DNA of 64,000 nucleotides from assembly GCA_963674735.2 (NCBI GenBank), contig CAXXQS010000001.1, positions 1,440,001-1,504,000 of the forward strand. The letters are read 5' to 3'. The stretch's first letter is position 1. Every line of letters begins with the position of its first letter. This stretch comes from Myxococcota bacterium. GTDB taxonomy: Bacteria > Myxococcota_A > SURF-8. Positions 40,283 to 50,574 of this stretch are shown in pieces. The translations under genes were made by a program, and so were the position numbers. Under the pieces are notes generated by a model, which was not told the DNA's origin, ran no database searches, and saw nothing but the letters and a program-made list of their open reading frames with translations.

Positions 40283-41634
40283 AAAACAAACGATTACCGC
40301 TTGTGATTGTCGTTCTCGCCCTTCTTTTATTGGTGATTCCACTTTACGGACAAACCAAGACCACCGTTTCAAACGGCTCGGACATTCCCGCGATTACGCC
40401 GGGCGAGTCCATCAGCTTGCAACAAGCCTTGGATCTGGCCGACAAACGAAATCTGTCCTTGGCTCAAGTTAAAGTGGATATCCTAACCGCCGAAGCGAAG
40501 CTGAAGGCCTCCTGGGGTACGCTGATCCCCGATGTTTACGGCAACTTGTCCTACACCTTCAACGATCATGCGGATACGACCCTGAACAACGGTCAGTTGA
40601 TCGAAACCCGTGCGCGTCAGGATCTGGATGCCAATCTGCAAGTTACCGTTCCCCTGATCAATGCCCGCGTCTGGACGGGTGTATCCTCCGCCTCGACCGG
40701 TGTGGACCTCAGCCAGCTCAGCGCCGAGCAGCTCATGCAGGAATTGCATTTCAGCGTGGCCACCGCCTATTTGCAGGCCTTGACCGCCCGCTCCTTGATC
40801 GACGTGTACGCCAGCCAGCTCGAAGCCATCGAACGCCACCTGAAAGTGGCCGATTTCCGGCACCGTTCGGGCGTCGGGACACGCCTCGACGTTACGCGGT
40901 CGCAAAGCGATCGGGTCACGACGAAAGAGCAGTTGATCAAATCGCATTACGCCTTCGACAACGCTCGGGACGCCTTGGCGATATTGATCCGCGCCGATGT
41001 CCTTCCCATGCCGACAAGCACCGCACGGATCGACGAGTTGGACGTGGTGAACGATCGCGACCTGATGCAATCGACGATCACACGGCGCTACGATCTAAAA
41101 ATATCCGGCATGAATCTCAAGCTGGCCAAACAGCAGCATCTGACCAACTGGATGCAGTTCGTTCCCTCACTCAATGCATCCTGGCAGTGGTCCTACCAGA
41201 TAACGGATCCCGCCGCCAGTCAAGCCGGGCAGGACCGCTCGCGTTGGTTCGCCGGTCTGGTGCTTTCGGTCCCGCTCTTCGATTACAGCTTTTATCCGAA
41301 TATGAAAGAAACGCGCGCGGCCAAAGAACGCTTGCGTCTGGCTTATCAGCAAGCCGAAGATACCGCCAAGTTGGAAGTCCGCACGGCCCGCCGCAATTAC
41401 CAACAAGCCAGACGAATGGTGCAAACCAGTGACGAGAAGCTGAAAATCGCGCGGGAATCCCAGCGTCTGGCGGAAACCTATTACGAAAACGGAACGGGCA
41501 CCTCGCTGGACGTCGTCGACGCCAGGCGCACCTATCAAAACGCGCAGGTGGATCTGGAAATCAAGAAATTGGAAGAACAGCTCGGCTTGATCGACCTGCT
41601 ACGCGCCACCGGTCAGGATGTCGAAACACGCTGA
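40279..41634 (+). CDS. TolC-family outer membrane protein
   Basis: SLQQALDLA, RRYDL, LSVPLFD and YENGTGTSLDVVDA; translationally coupled to the permease. Confidence 0.9.
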   Translation: MKNKRLPLVIVVLALLLLVIPLYGQTKTTVSNGSDIPAITPGESISLQQALDLADKRNLSLAQVKVDILTAEAKLKASWGTLIPDVYGNLSYTFNDHADTTLNNGQLIETRARQDLDANLQVTVPLINARVWTGVSSASTGVDLSQLSAEQLMQELHFSVATAYLQALTARSLIDVYASQLEAIERHLKVADFRHRSGVGTRLDVTRSQSDRVTTKEQLIKSHYAFDNARDALAILIRADVLPMPTSTARIDELDVVNDRDLMQSTITRRYDLKISGMNLKLAKQQHLTNWMQFVPSLNASWQWSYQITDPAASQAGQDRSRWFAGLVLSVPLFDYSFYPNMKETRAAKERLRLAYQQAEDTAKLEVRTARRNYQQARRMVQTSDEKLKIARESQRLAETYYENGTGTSLDVVDARRTYQNAQVDLEIKKLEEQLGLIDLLRATGQDVETR

Positions 41635-41694
41635 TCGCCAATCGGTTAGACTTGGCCCGGCCACACCCGAGCACGATCCCTCATGCGTCGGTTT

Positions 41695-43194
41695 TCAGTC
41701 TCCAGTCGGCGCACCCCAGTTCGTGAAGAACGATTCGTCGACAATATTGACTTTATAGGCAATGTGTAAAAGCGTGGTGTTGATCATTTCCCACACGATG
41801 TTGCCGTCCATGTCCACCTCGAAAACCCGGCCATTGGCCCCATCACAACTCATGATGCCCTGTGAGCTCAGCAGTGCATTGCCGTATCCCAAACAGAAGA
41901 AATCGGGATCTTCGCGATATTCCCAAGTTATTTCGGCGGTTTTTGCTTCGCCATCATAATCGACGATGATTACGCGTGTGTAGTCTTTTCCGGGCCGATG
42001 CAGGCCGTTATCGAAGATCAGCATGCGGCCGTCTTCGATGAAATTCGGATCGTGGCTGTGAGACCACAAACCTTCTCCGAAATCCCCGCCATCTCCCATA
42101 ATCCATTCGACCTCCCCGGAGGGATAGGCGATTTTGTAGAGGCGATTCAAGTTGCGCACGTTCAGGTAAATCGCACCCTCTTCCTCATCAAATGTCAAGG
42201 CGTTCGCGTGGGTCCAATCGTGCCCGATATCCCAATATACGTCATTGATGCATTGCCCGCAGAAGTCGCTGAACGGAACGTGATCTTCGATACGCCATTC
42301 CCAGGCCACCTCGTTGGTCTGCGGATCGCGGATGCGAATACCATCGGACAACAGGGGAAAGTCGTCGTTCATCATGATCTGTTCCCAGAAGAGATAGATC
42401 AGTTTTCCATCCGCCGTCAGGTCGATATCATGATGCGCCAGATCGTCATCATTGCGATAGAGGACCGATCCGTCGAGATCCATGATTTTGGACGCGGTCA
42501 GGGTAATCGCCGCCAACGTGCGATTTTCCTCGATCGGTTGTATCTCCGAAACCACCCCGTCTTCGATATCCTGCAGCGACCAGATCACCGTTCCGTCGCG
42601 TTTGATCGCCATCATGGCCGCATAAATATATTCCGTATCCAGGTAGTCCTGCACGTTCAGGATCATAACCTCGCCGGTATCATCGCCCTCAAAAGCATGG
42701 GTAATCTCCACACCGGTCAGCTTGCTCTGCTTGGTGGCGATCAGCGCCGTCTCGACAAATTCGGAGCAGCCCGTGTCATTGCAACTTTGAATCCGGTATT
42801 GGTAAGTCTGTTCGGGGGTCAACGCCAAATCCAGATAGCGGCCATGCGAGGCCGGACGACGCGCGATGGACTGATACGCTCCCGCGTCTCCCGTCCTGCG
42901 CTCGATGGCGATTTCAAGCCCGGCGGCGGCATCCGCCTGCCATTCAACCACAATGTTATGTGCGGAAATGGCCCGGGACGTCCCAAGCACGGGAAGCGTC
43001 GGTATTTCGTCATCCGCATCGCCATCGGGTTGTAGATCTTCCTCGTCGCCGTCGGATTCATCCGTACTTTGATCGTCGTCGCCGTCGCCGGGGTTATCGC
43101 GGTCTTGGCTCGAACTCGTATCGCAGCCCGAAACCGAAATCCAAAGAGCGAAATACAGGATGAAGAATGACATCAGCTTTACAGATCGTTTCAC
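41695..43194 (-). CDS. Lipoprotein: FN3-like domain + arylsulfate sulfotransferase (ASST) domain
   Basis: Lipobox VSGC; LTPEQTYQYRIQS (FN3-like); AHHD, DWTHANAL, HSHDP and IFDNG ASST motifs; start moved to GTG 43194 after AAGGA. Confidence 0.82.
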   Translation of the reverse strand: MKRSVKLMSFFILYFALWISVSGCDTSSSQDRDNPGDGDDDQSTDESDGDEEDLQPDGDADDEIPTLPVLGTSRAISAHNIVVEWQADAAAGLEIAIERRTGDAGAYQSIARRPASHGRYLDLALTPEQTYQYRIQSCNDTGCSEFVETALIATKQSKLTGVEITHAFEGDDTGEVMILNVQDYLDTEYIYAAMMAIKRDGTVIWSLQDIEDGVVSEIQPIEENRTLAAITLTASKIMDLDGSVLYRNDDDLAHHDIDLTADGKLIYLFWEQIMMNDDFPLLSDGIRIRDPQTNEVAWEWRIEDHVPFSDFCGQCINDVYWDIGHDWTHANALTFDEEEGAIYLNVRNLNRLYKIAYPSGEVEWIMGDGGDFGEGLWSHSHDPNFIEDGRMLIFDNGLHRPGKDYTRVIIVDYDGEAKTAEITWEYREDPDFFCLGYGNALLSSQGIMSCDGANGRVFEVDMDGNIVWEMINTTLLHIAYKVNIVDESFFTNWGAPTGD

Positions 43195-43294
43195 TGTTTT
43201 TTCCTTCTCGATCGAGGTCGGGGTCCATTCAAGTCCGGTAGCGAGAAGCGAAGTGATTACCCGGCCGGAATAGCATGAACAGGCAAATTGTCCC

Positions 43295-43363
43295 GTCATT
43301 CCCGCGCAGGCGGGAATCCACAAGAAACTCAACGTATTAAATTCCCGTTTTCGCGGGGAGAAC
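43295..43363. repeat. REP/dRS3-like palindromic element pair (ATTCCC-N8-GGGAAT type)
   Basis: GTCATTCCCGCGCAGGCGGGAATCCA (43295-43320), followed by a decayed inverted copy TAAATTCCCGTTTTCGCGGGGAGAAC (43338-43363). Confidence 0.75.
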
Positions 43364-43410
43364 AGGGCCGAGTCGCAACGAGACTTCAACCCAGTCAATA
43401 GAATAAACGC

Positions 43411-44766
43411 CTAGTGGCCGGATGCAAGCCCGAATGTCACGAAACGCAGGAAATACAAGTTGGCTCGCTCGAATTCGAAGATGAAGTAGATGCCCACCAG
43501 GCAGAAATAATTGAACGTTACGTAGCGGCTCAAATTTAAAATGATGGTCGGATGCTTCTTTCCAAAGGCCGCCAGGCTTTTCAAAACCGCGGGGCCGGAT
43601 TCGTCCGCATCGAGACGGACCCAGTATCGATGCCACAGCACCCAGCCGATCAAACCGACCGCCTGCCCGAACCCCCAGATCAGGTAGTTGAGCGCCAAGG
43701 CATGCCAGGCGCCGCAGGCGAGAAAAGTGATGAAAACGTTTCGGACGGCCTTGTGCTTGCTTCCTCCTAGGGGACGATAAACGTAATCGCGCAGCCAGAA
43801 CGACAGCGACATATGCCAGCGTCGCCACCAGACCCCCAAATTCTCGCTGAAGAATGGGAGGTAGAAGTTTTCCGGCATATGAAAGCCGAGCAGGCGTGAG
43901 AACCCGATGGCCACGTCGGAATACCCGCTGAAATACAGGTAGACGCTGAAGACGTTCATGACCAGATTCCAATATAGAATCAGCCAGGATTGTTGATTGA
44001 TCGCCTCCAGCGTCGACAGATCCGCCGCCAGGTAGAAGAACAGCGCCATGTTGCCCACGGCTTTGAGCAGTCCCAAGACGATTCGGCCCAAACCGGATCG
44101 GATGTCGCTCCAGGTCGGATCGGTTCGTCCGAGGTTCTCCACGTCTTCATTGAAAGCCTCGAAGCGAGCGATCGGTCCCATCCTCAAGGTGGGGAAAAAC
44201 ACCAGATAGAGCGCCAGCCGCGTCACCCGCGTCGGAGCGAATTTGCCTCGCAGGGCATCCACCACATATTGGACGAGCTTCGGCACCATGTAGGCGATCC
44301 CGCAAAAATGCAGCAGAGGATTGATGAAGTGACCGGTCATCACCGACGAGTGAGCGCCGCGCGCAAGCCCTTCGATAAAGAGAAGCGTGAAATAAACCAG
44401 CAAAATGAACCCGACCAGAGCCCAGGTCGCTTTCTTACGGAAAGCCACGTCGGCAAGCGCGCGTTTATGCAAGACAAGCACCAGGCCATGCACGAACAGA
44501 GGCACGCCAAGAAACGCAACGACGAACCCAAATCCGTACATATACCCGACAAGCGCGATGCTCGCGGCCAAGAGATAGAGGACGCGGCCTTGCCGGGGAA
44601 CCAGATAATAGAGCGGCACGAAAAACAGCAGAAAAAGCATGTAGTCGGCGTAATACGGCATGCCCACCTGGGTTGCCTGCAGAATGCCCAGTAAAAGCGT
44701 CTTCACCGGGCCCGCCGGTAACAAGCCCTCGAAAAACAGGATGATGGGCTGGAGAAATTCAATCAT
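43411..44766 (-). CDS. MBOAT-family O-acyltransferase (AlgI/DltB-like)
   Basis: FFPTLRMGPI, YFSGYSDVAIG, PENF, WRRWHMSLSFWLRDYVYRPLGG and GAWH. Confidence 0.93.
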   Translation of the reverse strand: MIEFLQPIILFFEGLLPAGPVKTLLLGILQATQVGMPYYADYMLFLLFFVPLYYLVPRQGRVLYLLAASIALVGYMYGFGFVVAFLGVPLFVHGLVLVLHKRALADVAFRKKATWALVGFILLVYFTLLFIEGLARGAHSSVMTGHFINPLLHFCGIAYMVPKLVQYVVDALRGKFAPTRVTRLALYLVFFPTLRMGPIARFEAFNEDVENLGRTDPTWSDIRSGLGRIVLGLLKAVGNMALFFYLAADLSTLEAINQQSWLILYWNLVMNVFSVYLYFSGYSDVAIGFSRLLGFHMPENFYLPFFSENLGVWWRRWHMSLSFWLRDYVYRPLGGSKHKAVRNVFITFLACGAWHALALNYLIWGFGQAVGLIGWVLWHRYWVRLDADESGPAVLKSLAAFGKKHPTIILNLSRYVTFNYFCLVGIYFIFEFERANLYFLRFVTFGLASGH

Positions 44767-46922
44767 TCGGGCCGCCTTCCGGTTTCCTGGAGACGAAACT
44801 CCATCCAGTCCGCCACCACGTGATAACCCTCGGATTGTTCGTTACGGCCGATGACCTCCCACTTGATGCGGTGCGACCCCTTGCCGAGTCGAATCCGGCA
44901 CGATTCCGGTTCCCAGATCAGCCGTCCGGTGCGCGGGGCGTATAGGTCCACCGATTCGGAGCAGCTTTGCCCGTCGATCGAGAGCCGGACGACGCCCCTA
45001 TCCGGGCCGGTGAGAAAGCGGATTTTATAGGCATAGCTTCCTTCTCTGAAGAAATACTGCCTAAACGTCGCAAACGCCCTCGGCTTCGACGCCTCGAAGG
45101 CCAGGGCCGAGCGTCCCGAGAGATCCTGAAAGTGCTCCCGATTGCTTCGCTCCATTTTCAATGGATGGAGATAGTCGCCGGAGGTGTCGGCCGTCATGTA
45201 TTTGGATTCCATCTCGATGAACAGCAAAGCCGGATCGATTTCGCGTTTTAATTCCGTCATGCGTCGCGATTTGGGATCGAAGCGAAAAGCCCGCCATCCC
45301 GGATAGTACTGCAGCATCTGCGCGTTCTGCTTGCCTAGATCCCGCAGGAACAAATGCGGCTGCTGCAAACCGGGTTCGAGATACGGAAAGGCGGCATTGT
45401 ATTCGGCAGGGAAAAAGAACAGGCTTTGCGGCGGATAGGCTTGGGTGAGCTGTTCGAAACGCCGATCCACGAAAAAGAAGTTCCTTAAAAGTCCTCCGCC
45501 GATCACGTAATACGCCGCATTGAAAATGAAATAGGTTACCAGCACAGCCGGAATCAACGCCCGCAGCAAAGGACCGTAGGGGACATGAAAAGCACCGGCT
45601 TTGATGGAAAAAGGCTTGAGCACCTGATAAGTCTGAATCAATCCGGCTGAAAACAGGATGAAAACGGCGAAAGACGCTTCGAAATAATAGCGCCCGCGCA
45701 CCCCATGGAAATAAAAGAAGAAGTACGCGCCGATCAGAGAGAGGAACACAGATAGCAGCATATATTTTCGCCAGCCGCCGTCGGATCGAAAAAATGGCAA
45801 CCCGACAAAAAGAAACAGGATGCTCCAGCCGAGAAGCGTCTGCAAAAACGGATCCATCCGCTGATGAATCACGCCTACGGCATCTTTCGGAAAAAAGCCG
45901 TCGGGGAAGTTGTCGAGAGGATGCACGTTGGGGCAGCCGATGTGTTCGCCGAAACCCAGATCGTGGCAATCCGCATGTTCTTCCGTCATTTGGAAGTACT
46001 TTTGCTGGGGCCAGATCGTCGGCGAGCCGCTGAGCGCCTGATTGTAGCCACCCTGGAGCAGTAAAAACCCGAGTGCGATGGGAATCCCGGCCAGAAGTCG
46101 CCAGACCGCGATTTTGCGTTGCAACACAAAAACCAGAAGCGGGATTCCCACAACCGGCAAGAGGGCCACAGCGTTTAGAGCCCGTGTGAGGAACAGCCAA
46201 CCGAGACAGACACTCAAAACCAACACATCCGTAAGGCGCTGCTTTTCCGACAGGCGCAACACCATCAGCACCGCCAGTTGCGTCAGGACCAGAGACAGAG
46301 GATGCGCGAACAGCATCCCCCCGAAGGTATGAACGGCCTGAGAGGCGGTCATCAGGATTACGGCCAACAGCGCCACTCGCTCATCGAAAACCCGCCGCCC
46401 AATGGGGTAGCAAAGCAGGACCGCCAGCGTGATGAGGATGGGATTGATCAGAAATTCGAGGTGAACCAGCACCCCCAGCGCCAATAACAAGGGCCAGCCG
46501 GGCTGGAAAATCGGATACCAGCTTCCGTCATTGACGAAAAAGAGGGTGTGAAAGAACTCGGGCAGATCGTGGCTTTCGACGAAAAGCCGACCGGCGGCGA
46601 AGCAGCGTGCCATCCATAGATACGCCGCATCGTCCCAGGCGTGCGGAATGGCTTCGAGCGGTCCAAAGGCGTAGTAAACGGATCCCAAAAACGTGAGGCT
46701 TCCGCAAAGAATCAGCCATTGCCGGGGGCTACGAGCGGCCAGCCAGCTTTGAATTTTGAAGCTTCGTTTTTCGAAAATGGCGAGTAAAATCCAAGCCGAG
46801 ACGAACACCAGCAAAGCGCTGCCGCCGAAAACGAACAGAGAGCCGTGAGGTTGCCAGTTCAAGCAAAACAGCAGAGTCAGGATATAGATAAAACAGGATG
46901 CCAAAAACTTGAACATGGTCAT
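44763..46922 (-). CDS. GT-C (ArnT/GT39-like) membrane glycosyltransferase with C-terminal beta-sandwich domain
   Basis: PHAWDDAAY acidic loop, PGWPLLLALG and many TM helices; soluble C-terminus with TGPDRG..RLSIDG..VDLY; ATGA overlap with the MBOAT gene. Confidence 0.78.
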   Translation of the reverse strand: MTMFKFLASCFIYILTLLFCLNWQPHGSLFVFGGSALLVFVSAWILLAIFEKRSFKIQSWLAARSPRQWLILCGSLTFLGSVYYAFGPLEAIPHAWDDAAYLWMARCFAAGRLFVESHDLPEFFHTLFFVNDGSWYPIFQPGWPLLLALGVLVHLEFLINPILITLAVLLCYPIGRRVFDERVALLAVILMTASQAVHTFGGMLFAHPLSLVLTQLAVLMVLRLSEKQRLTDVLVLSVCLGWLFLTRALNAVALLPVVGIPLLVFVLQRKIAVWRLLAGIPIALGFLLLQGGYNQALSGSPTIWPQQKYFQMTEEHADCHDLGFGEHIGCPNVHPLDNFPDGFFPKDAVGVIHQRMDPFLQTLLGWSILFLFVGLPFFRSDGGWRKYMLLSVFLSLIGAYFFFYFHGVRGRYYFEASFAVFILFSAGLIQTYQVLKPFSIKAGAFHVPYGPLLRALIPAVLVTYFIFNAAYYVIGGGLLRNFFFVDRRFEQLTQAYPPQSLFFFPAEYNAAFPYLEPGLQQPHLFLRDLGKQNAQMLQYYPGWRAFRFDPKSRRMTELKREIDPALLFIEMESKYMTADTSGDYLHPLKMERSNREHFQDLSGRSALAFEASKPRAFATFRQYFFREGSYAYKIRFLTGPDRGVVRLSIDGQSCSESVDLYAPRTGRLIWEPESCRIRLGKGSHRIKWEVIGRNEQSEGYHVVADWMEFRLQETGRRPE

Positions 46923-47268
46923 TTTTTCGCCGGATATGGGACTTAATCATCAAGCAATCGACTCAAGTGAATACGCAAGCTTATCACATTTTCACAGGTG
47001 TTGACACTACTTACTATGAATATCGAAAGATGAACAGAAAGTTTTGTCTCGAATAGGACAAATCGCGCCTGCCCGGCGAAACCACGGACTCATCTCGTCT
47101 CTTCTCTCGGAATATTTTGCTTTTCGCGAAGGTCCAACAGGGACGTATGACTTTGATATCAGGTCGATTTCGCACCATTCATTCGCTCGACGGCAAAGCG
47201 GAGTTGATATGAATTCGGAAATCGAGTAGCGTAGCGGCAACGGTTTGCATAAAAGTCAGGAGCGATAC

Positions 47269-48297
47269 ATGCCGGATAATTACGGAAGAAACGGAGATGG
47301 ATTGGAACCGATCCAAATCGAAGAAGTGCTACTCAACATTAAAAATAAATTCAACAAGAACAAAGCCTCGATCCTTTTTCTGGTCCCACTCGCCCTTGTC
47401 GCCTTGTGGCTGATGACCTGCGTGTACACGGTCGATGTCGAGGAAATGGGGGTTGTCCAGCGCTTCGGTAAGTACAACCGCACCACGCCGTCCGGTTTGA
47501 ATTTCAAATTACCGGTAGGCATCGAAAAGGTGACCAACGTCGCCTCCAAGCACGTGTACAAGGAGGAATTCGGCTTGCGCACCTTGAAAGCGGGAACGCG
47601 CACGCAATACGCCCCCGGCAAAGCCTTTTTGGGTGAGTCCTTGATGCTCACCGGCGACTTGAACGTGGCGGTGGTGCCCTGGATCGTGCAATACCGGATC
47701 AAAGACGAACGCCTGTTTTTGTTCGAAGTCCGTGATGTCAGGCAAACCCTGCGCGACCTGGCCGAATCCACCATGCGACTGGTCGTCGGCGACCGCTCGA
47801 TCAACGAGGTGATTTCCAAACGTGAAGAGATCGCCGTCCAGGCCCGCCTGCTGCTGCAGGACGAGTTGGACAAGTCGCAAACCGGTCTGCATGTTGTCAC
47901 CATCGAAATGAAAAAGACCAATGTCCCGGAGCCGGTGCAGGCCTCCTTCAACGAGGTCAACCAGGCGGTCCAGGAAAAGGAACAGATGATCTACGAGGCG
48001 CGCGAGCAATATAACAAAGTTATTCCCAAGGCCAAGGGCAGCGCGGAAAAAACCCTCAGTTCCGCCGAGGGCTACGCCCTGGACCGCATCAATCGAGCCA
48101 AGGGCGACACCGCCCGCTTCCTGTCACTTTACAATGAGTACAAACGAGCCAAGGATATCACCAAGCGGCGCTTATACCTCGAAACCATGCGAGACCTCCT
48201 GCCGAAGATGGGCCGGAAATTCATCGTCGATGAGGATCAGAAAAACTTTTTGCCTCTCTTGAATATGGGCGGCCAAGGCAAGGGGGTGGCGCAATGA
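47269..48297 (+). CDS. hflK: FtsH protease modulator HflK
   Basis: VVQRFGKY, MLTGDLN, VQASFNEV, AEGYA and TKRRLYLETM; AGGAG RBS. Confidence 0.95.
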   Translation: MPDNYGRNGDGLEPIQIEEVLLNIKNKFNKNKASILFLVPLALVALWLMTCVYTVDVEEMGVVQRFGKYNRTTPSGLNFKLPVGIEKVTNVASKHVYKEEFGLRTLKAGTRTQYAPGKAFLGESLMLTGDLNVAVVPWIVQYRIKDERLFLFEVRDVRQTLRDLAESTMRLVVGDRSINEVISKREEIAVQARLLLQDELDKSQTGLHVVTIEMKKTNVPEPVQASFNEVNQAVQEKEQMIYEAREQYNKVIPKAKGSAEKTLSSAEGYALDRINRAKGDTARFLSLYNEYKRAKDITKRRLYLETMRDLLPKMGRKFIVDEDQKNFLPLLNMGGQGKGVAQ

Positions 48298-49241
48298 TGA
48301 AACTTCAGGTAACCGTTATTTTCGTGGCGCTCGCCGCATTTCTGGTTCTCTCAAGCGTGTACATCGTCGACGAACGCGAGCAGGTAGTCATCACCCAGTT
48401 CGGCAAGCCGGTCGGCGAAGCTAAAAAAGAACCGAACCTGTATTTCAAGATCCCGTTCATTCAACAGGCCAACGTGTTTCCGAAAAACCTGCTGGAATGG
48501 GACGGCGACCCCGGCCAGATTCCGACCAAAGACAAAACCTATCTCTGGGTCGACACCTTCGCCCGCTGGCGCATCATCGATCCGTTGAAGTATTTCCAAA
48601 CCGTCAACAATGAACGCAACGCGCAGGCCCGCCTGGACGACATCATCGATCCGGCCGTGCGCAACTTCGTCACCTCGCATCCGCTGATCGAAACGGTGCG
48701 CAAAACCAACCGCAAGCTCGATACCTTCGAAGCCGGTGTCGAAGATGAAGACAAGGAAAATCAGCCCAAAAGCCATCTGGGCAACGTACTCGTCGGTCGC
48801 GAAAAAATCGCGCAGGGCATTCTCGAACAAGCCAAACCCAAGCTGTTCGATTTCGGAATCGAACTGGTCGATGTGCAGATCAAACGCATCAACTACGTCG
48901 AGAACGTGCGGAAGTCCGTCTATGGGCGCATGATCGCCGAGCGCAAGCAGATTGCCGAAAAATTCCGCTCCGAAGGCATGGGCGAAGCCCAGAAAATCGA
49001 GGGTGAACGCGAAAAAATGCTCAAGGAAATCACATCCGAAGCCTATCGCAAGGCACAAGAAGTGATGGGCAAGGCCGATGCCACCGCCGCCGACATTTAC
49101 GCGACCGCTTATTCGAAGGATCCGGAATTTTATTCGTTTGTTAAAACCCTGGAAATCTATAGCCAGGCCATTGACGAAAACAGCTCGCTGGTGATCTCGA
49201 CCGACAGCGACTTCTTCAAATACGTCAAAGGATACAAATAA
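48294..49241 (+). CDS. hflC: FtsH protease modulator HflC
   Basis: VITQFGKP, VYGRMIAERKQIAEKFRSEG and DPEFYSFVKTLE. Confidence 0.95.
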   Translation: MMKLQVTVIFVALAAFLVLSSVYIVDEREQVVITQFGKPVGEAKKEPNLYFKIPFIQQANVFPKNLLEWDGDPGQIPTKDKTYLWVDTFARWRIIDPLKYFQTVNNERNAQARLDDIIDPAVRNFVTSHPLIETVRKTNRKLDTFEAGVEDEDKENQPKSHLGNVLVGREKIAQGILEQAKPKLFDFGIELVDVQIKRINYVENVRKSVYGRMIAERKQIAEKFRSEGMGEAQKIEGEREKMLKEITSEAYRKAQEVMGKADATAADIYATAYSKDPEFYSFVKTLEIYSQAIDENSSLVISTDSDFFKYVKGYK

Positions 49242-49283
49242 CCGTTCAGCCAATTTTGGGGGCGGTTCGATAACCGGAAAACA

Positions 49284-49323
49284 GCGGGACTCTCCAAGTC
49301 GCTTATCGTTTGGAGCGTCCCGC
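49284..49323 (+). other. Stem-loop between hflC and terC, just upstream of the terC RBS
   Basis: GCGGGAC-t-CTCCAA / TTGGAG-c-GTCCCGC, 13-bp stem with a 12-nt loop; GGAGG at 49336-49340. Confidence 0.5.
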
Positions 49324-49345
49324 AGCCTATAAAATGGAGGCAATC

Positions 49346-50278
49346 GTGTCCAGCGTCGGCTCGCCTGTTGAGTGGGCGATATTCGGAGTGGTGGTTCTGG
49401 GTTTGCTGTTGTTGGATCTGCTGATCTTCAACCGTGAAGCCCACAAAATCTCACTGAAAGAAAGCGCCGTCTGGAGCATCGTGTGGGTGGGACTGGCCCT
49501 GCTGTTCAACGTGTTTGTCTACATCGAGCACGGTGCCGAAAGCGGCACGCAGTTTCTCACCGCCTACCTGATCGAAAAATCGTTGTCCGTTGACAACCTG
49601 TTCGTTTTCTTGGCGATATTCAACCACTTCCGCATTCCATCCCACTTTCAGCATCGGGTTTTGTTTTGGGGCGTGGTCGGTGCGCTGGTCATGCGAGCGT
49701 TGTTCATCGCCGCCGGAGTGGCGCTGCTCACCCATTTCGCCTGGCTGATGTACGTCTTCGCGCTGTTTCTCGTTTACACGGGCATCAAGCTCGGCTTCTC
49801 CCGTCACGAAAACGACGATCCCTCGCAGGGGGTGGCCATGCGGCTTGCGCAAAAATACCTGCGCACCACCCCGGAATACAATGGCCAGAAGTTCTTCAAA
49901 CACATCGACGGCCGCCGTTTTGCAACGCCGCTTTTCGTCGTACTGGTGGTGATCGAATTCTCCGACGTGCTGTTCGCCTTCGATTCCGTCCCCGCCGTGC
50001 TGGCCATTTCGAAAGATCCCTTCATCGTTTACTCATCCAACGTGTTCGCCATTCTGGGTCTGCGTGCCCTGTATTTCCTTTTGGCCGATGTGCTCAACCG
50101 GCTGCATTATCTGGGGAAAGGCCTGGCCGTCGTGCTGGTGTACATCGGCATCAAGATGGGCGTGAGCGAATGGCTGCACGTCCCGCCGCTGGCCAGCCTG
50201 GGCGTCATCGCCGCCATTCTGACTATCACCGTTTTCATTTCGATCCGACACAAACCGGACGCCGAAAACGCCGATTGA
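49346..50278 (+). CDS. terC: TerC/Alx-family membrane protein
   Basis: YLIEKSLSVDNLFVF, QHRVLFWG, DVLFAFDSVPA and SNVFAILGLRALYF; GTG start after GGAGG. Confidence 0.92.
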   Translation: MSSVGSPVEWAIFGVVVLGLLLLDLLIFNREAHKISLKESAVWSIVWVGLALLFNVFVYIEHGAESGTQFLTAYLIEKSLSVDNLFVFLAIFNHFRIPSHFQHRVLFWGVVGALVMRALFIAAGVALLTHFAWLMYVFALFLVYTGIKLGFSRHENDDPSQGVAMRLAQKYLRTTPEYNGQKFFKHIDGRRFATPLFVVLVVIEFSDVLFAFDSVPAVLAISKDPFIVYSSNVFAILGLRALYFLLADVLNRLHYLGKGLAVVLVYIGIKMGVSEWLHVPPLASLGVIAAILTITVFISIRHKPDAENAD

Positions 50279-50574
50279 CCATGGAACACTCGCCTTTAGG
50301 CTACCTGCAAAAAAGCTATTCGTTACGAGAACGAAGGATTTTCGAGACCGGACGCGGAGCGCCATGGGCCAAGCCTTTGGCTTGCCCATGCTGTTTTCAC
50401 GGGCAAACCTAACGGTTTTGCCCGTGCCACCCATCATCCATCGAAGATGATTCGAGACTCAATCAGAATGGAAACACCCTATAATTATTCGTCTATTTAT
50501 TGACGAACATGTAACATGTGATAGGATAGCGCCATCTCGTAAAGGTTCGATCGCGTCCACGTATAGGTAAAACG

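Noticed and set aside
43195-43398. 68-aa N-terminal extension of the ASST ORF in the ORF track
   Set aside because: It is the translation of the REP element and intergenic DNA; the signal peptide and RBS fit a start at 43194.
49242-49345. yybP-ykoY manganese riboswitch upstream of terC
   Set aside because: The conserved loop nucleotides are not recognisable by eye; only a plain hairpin is supported.
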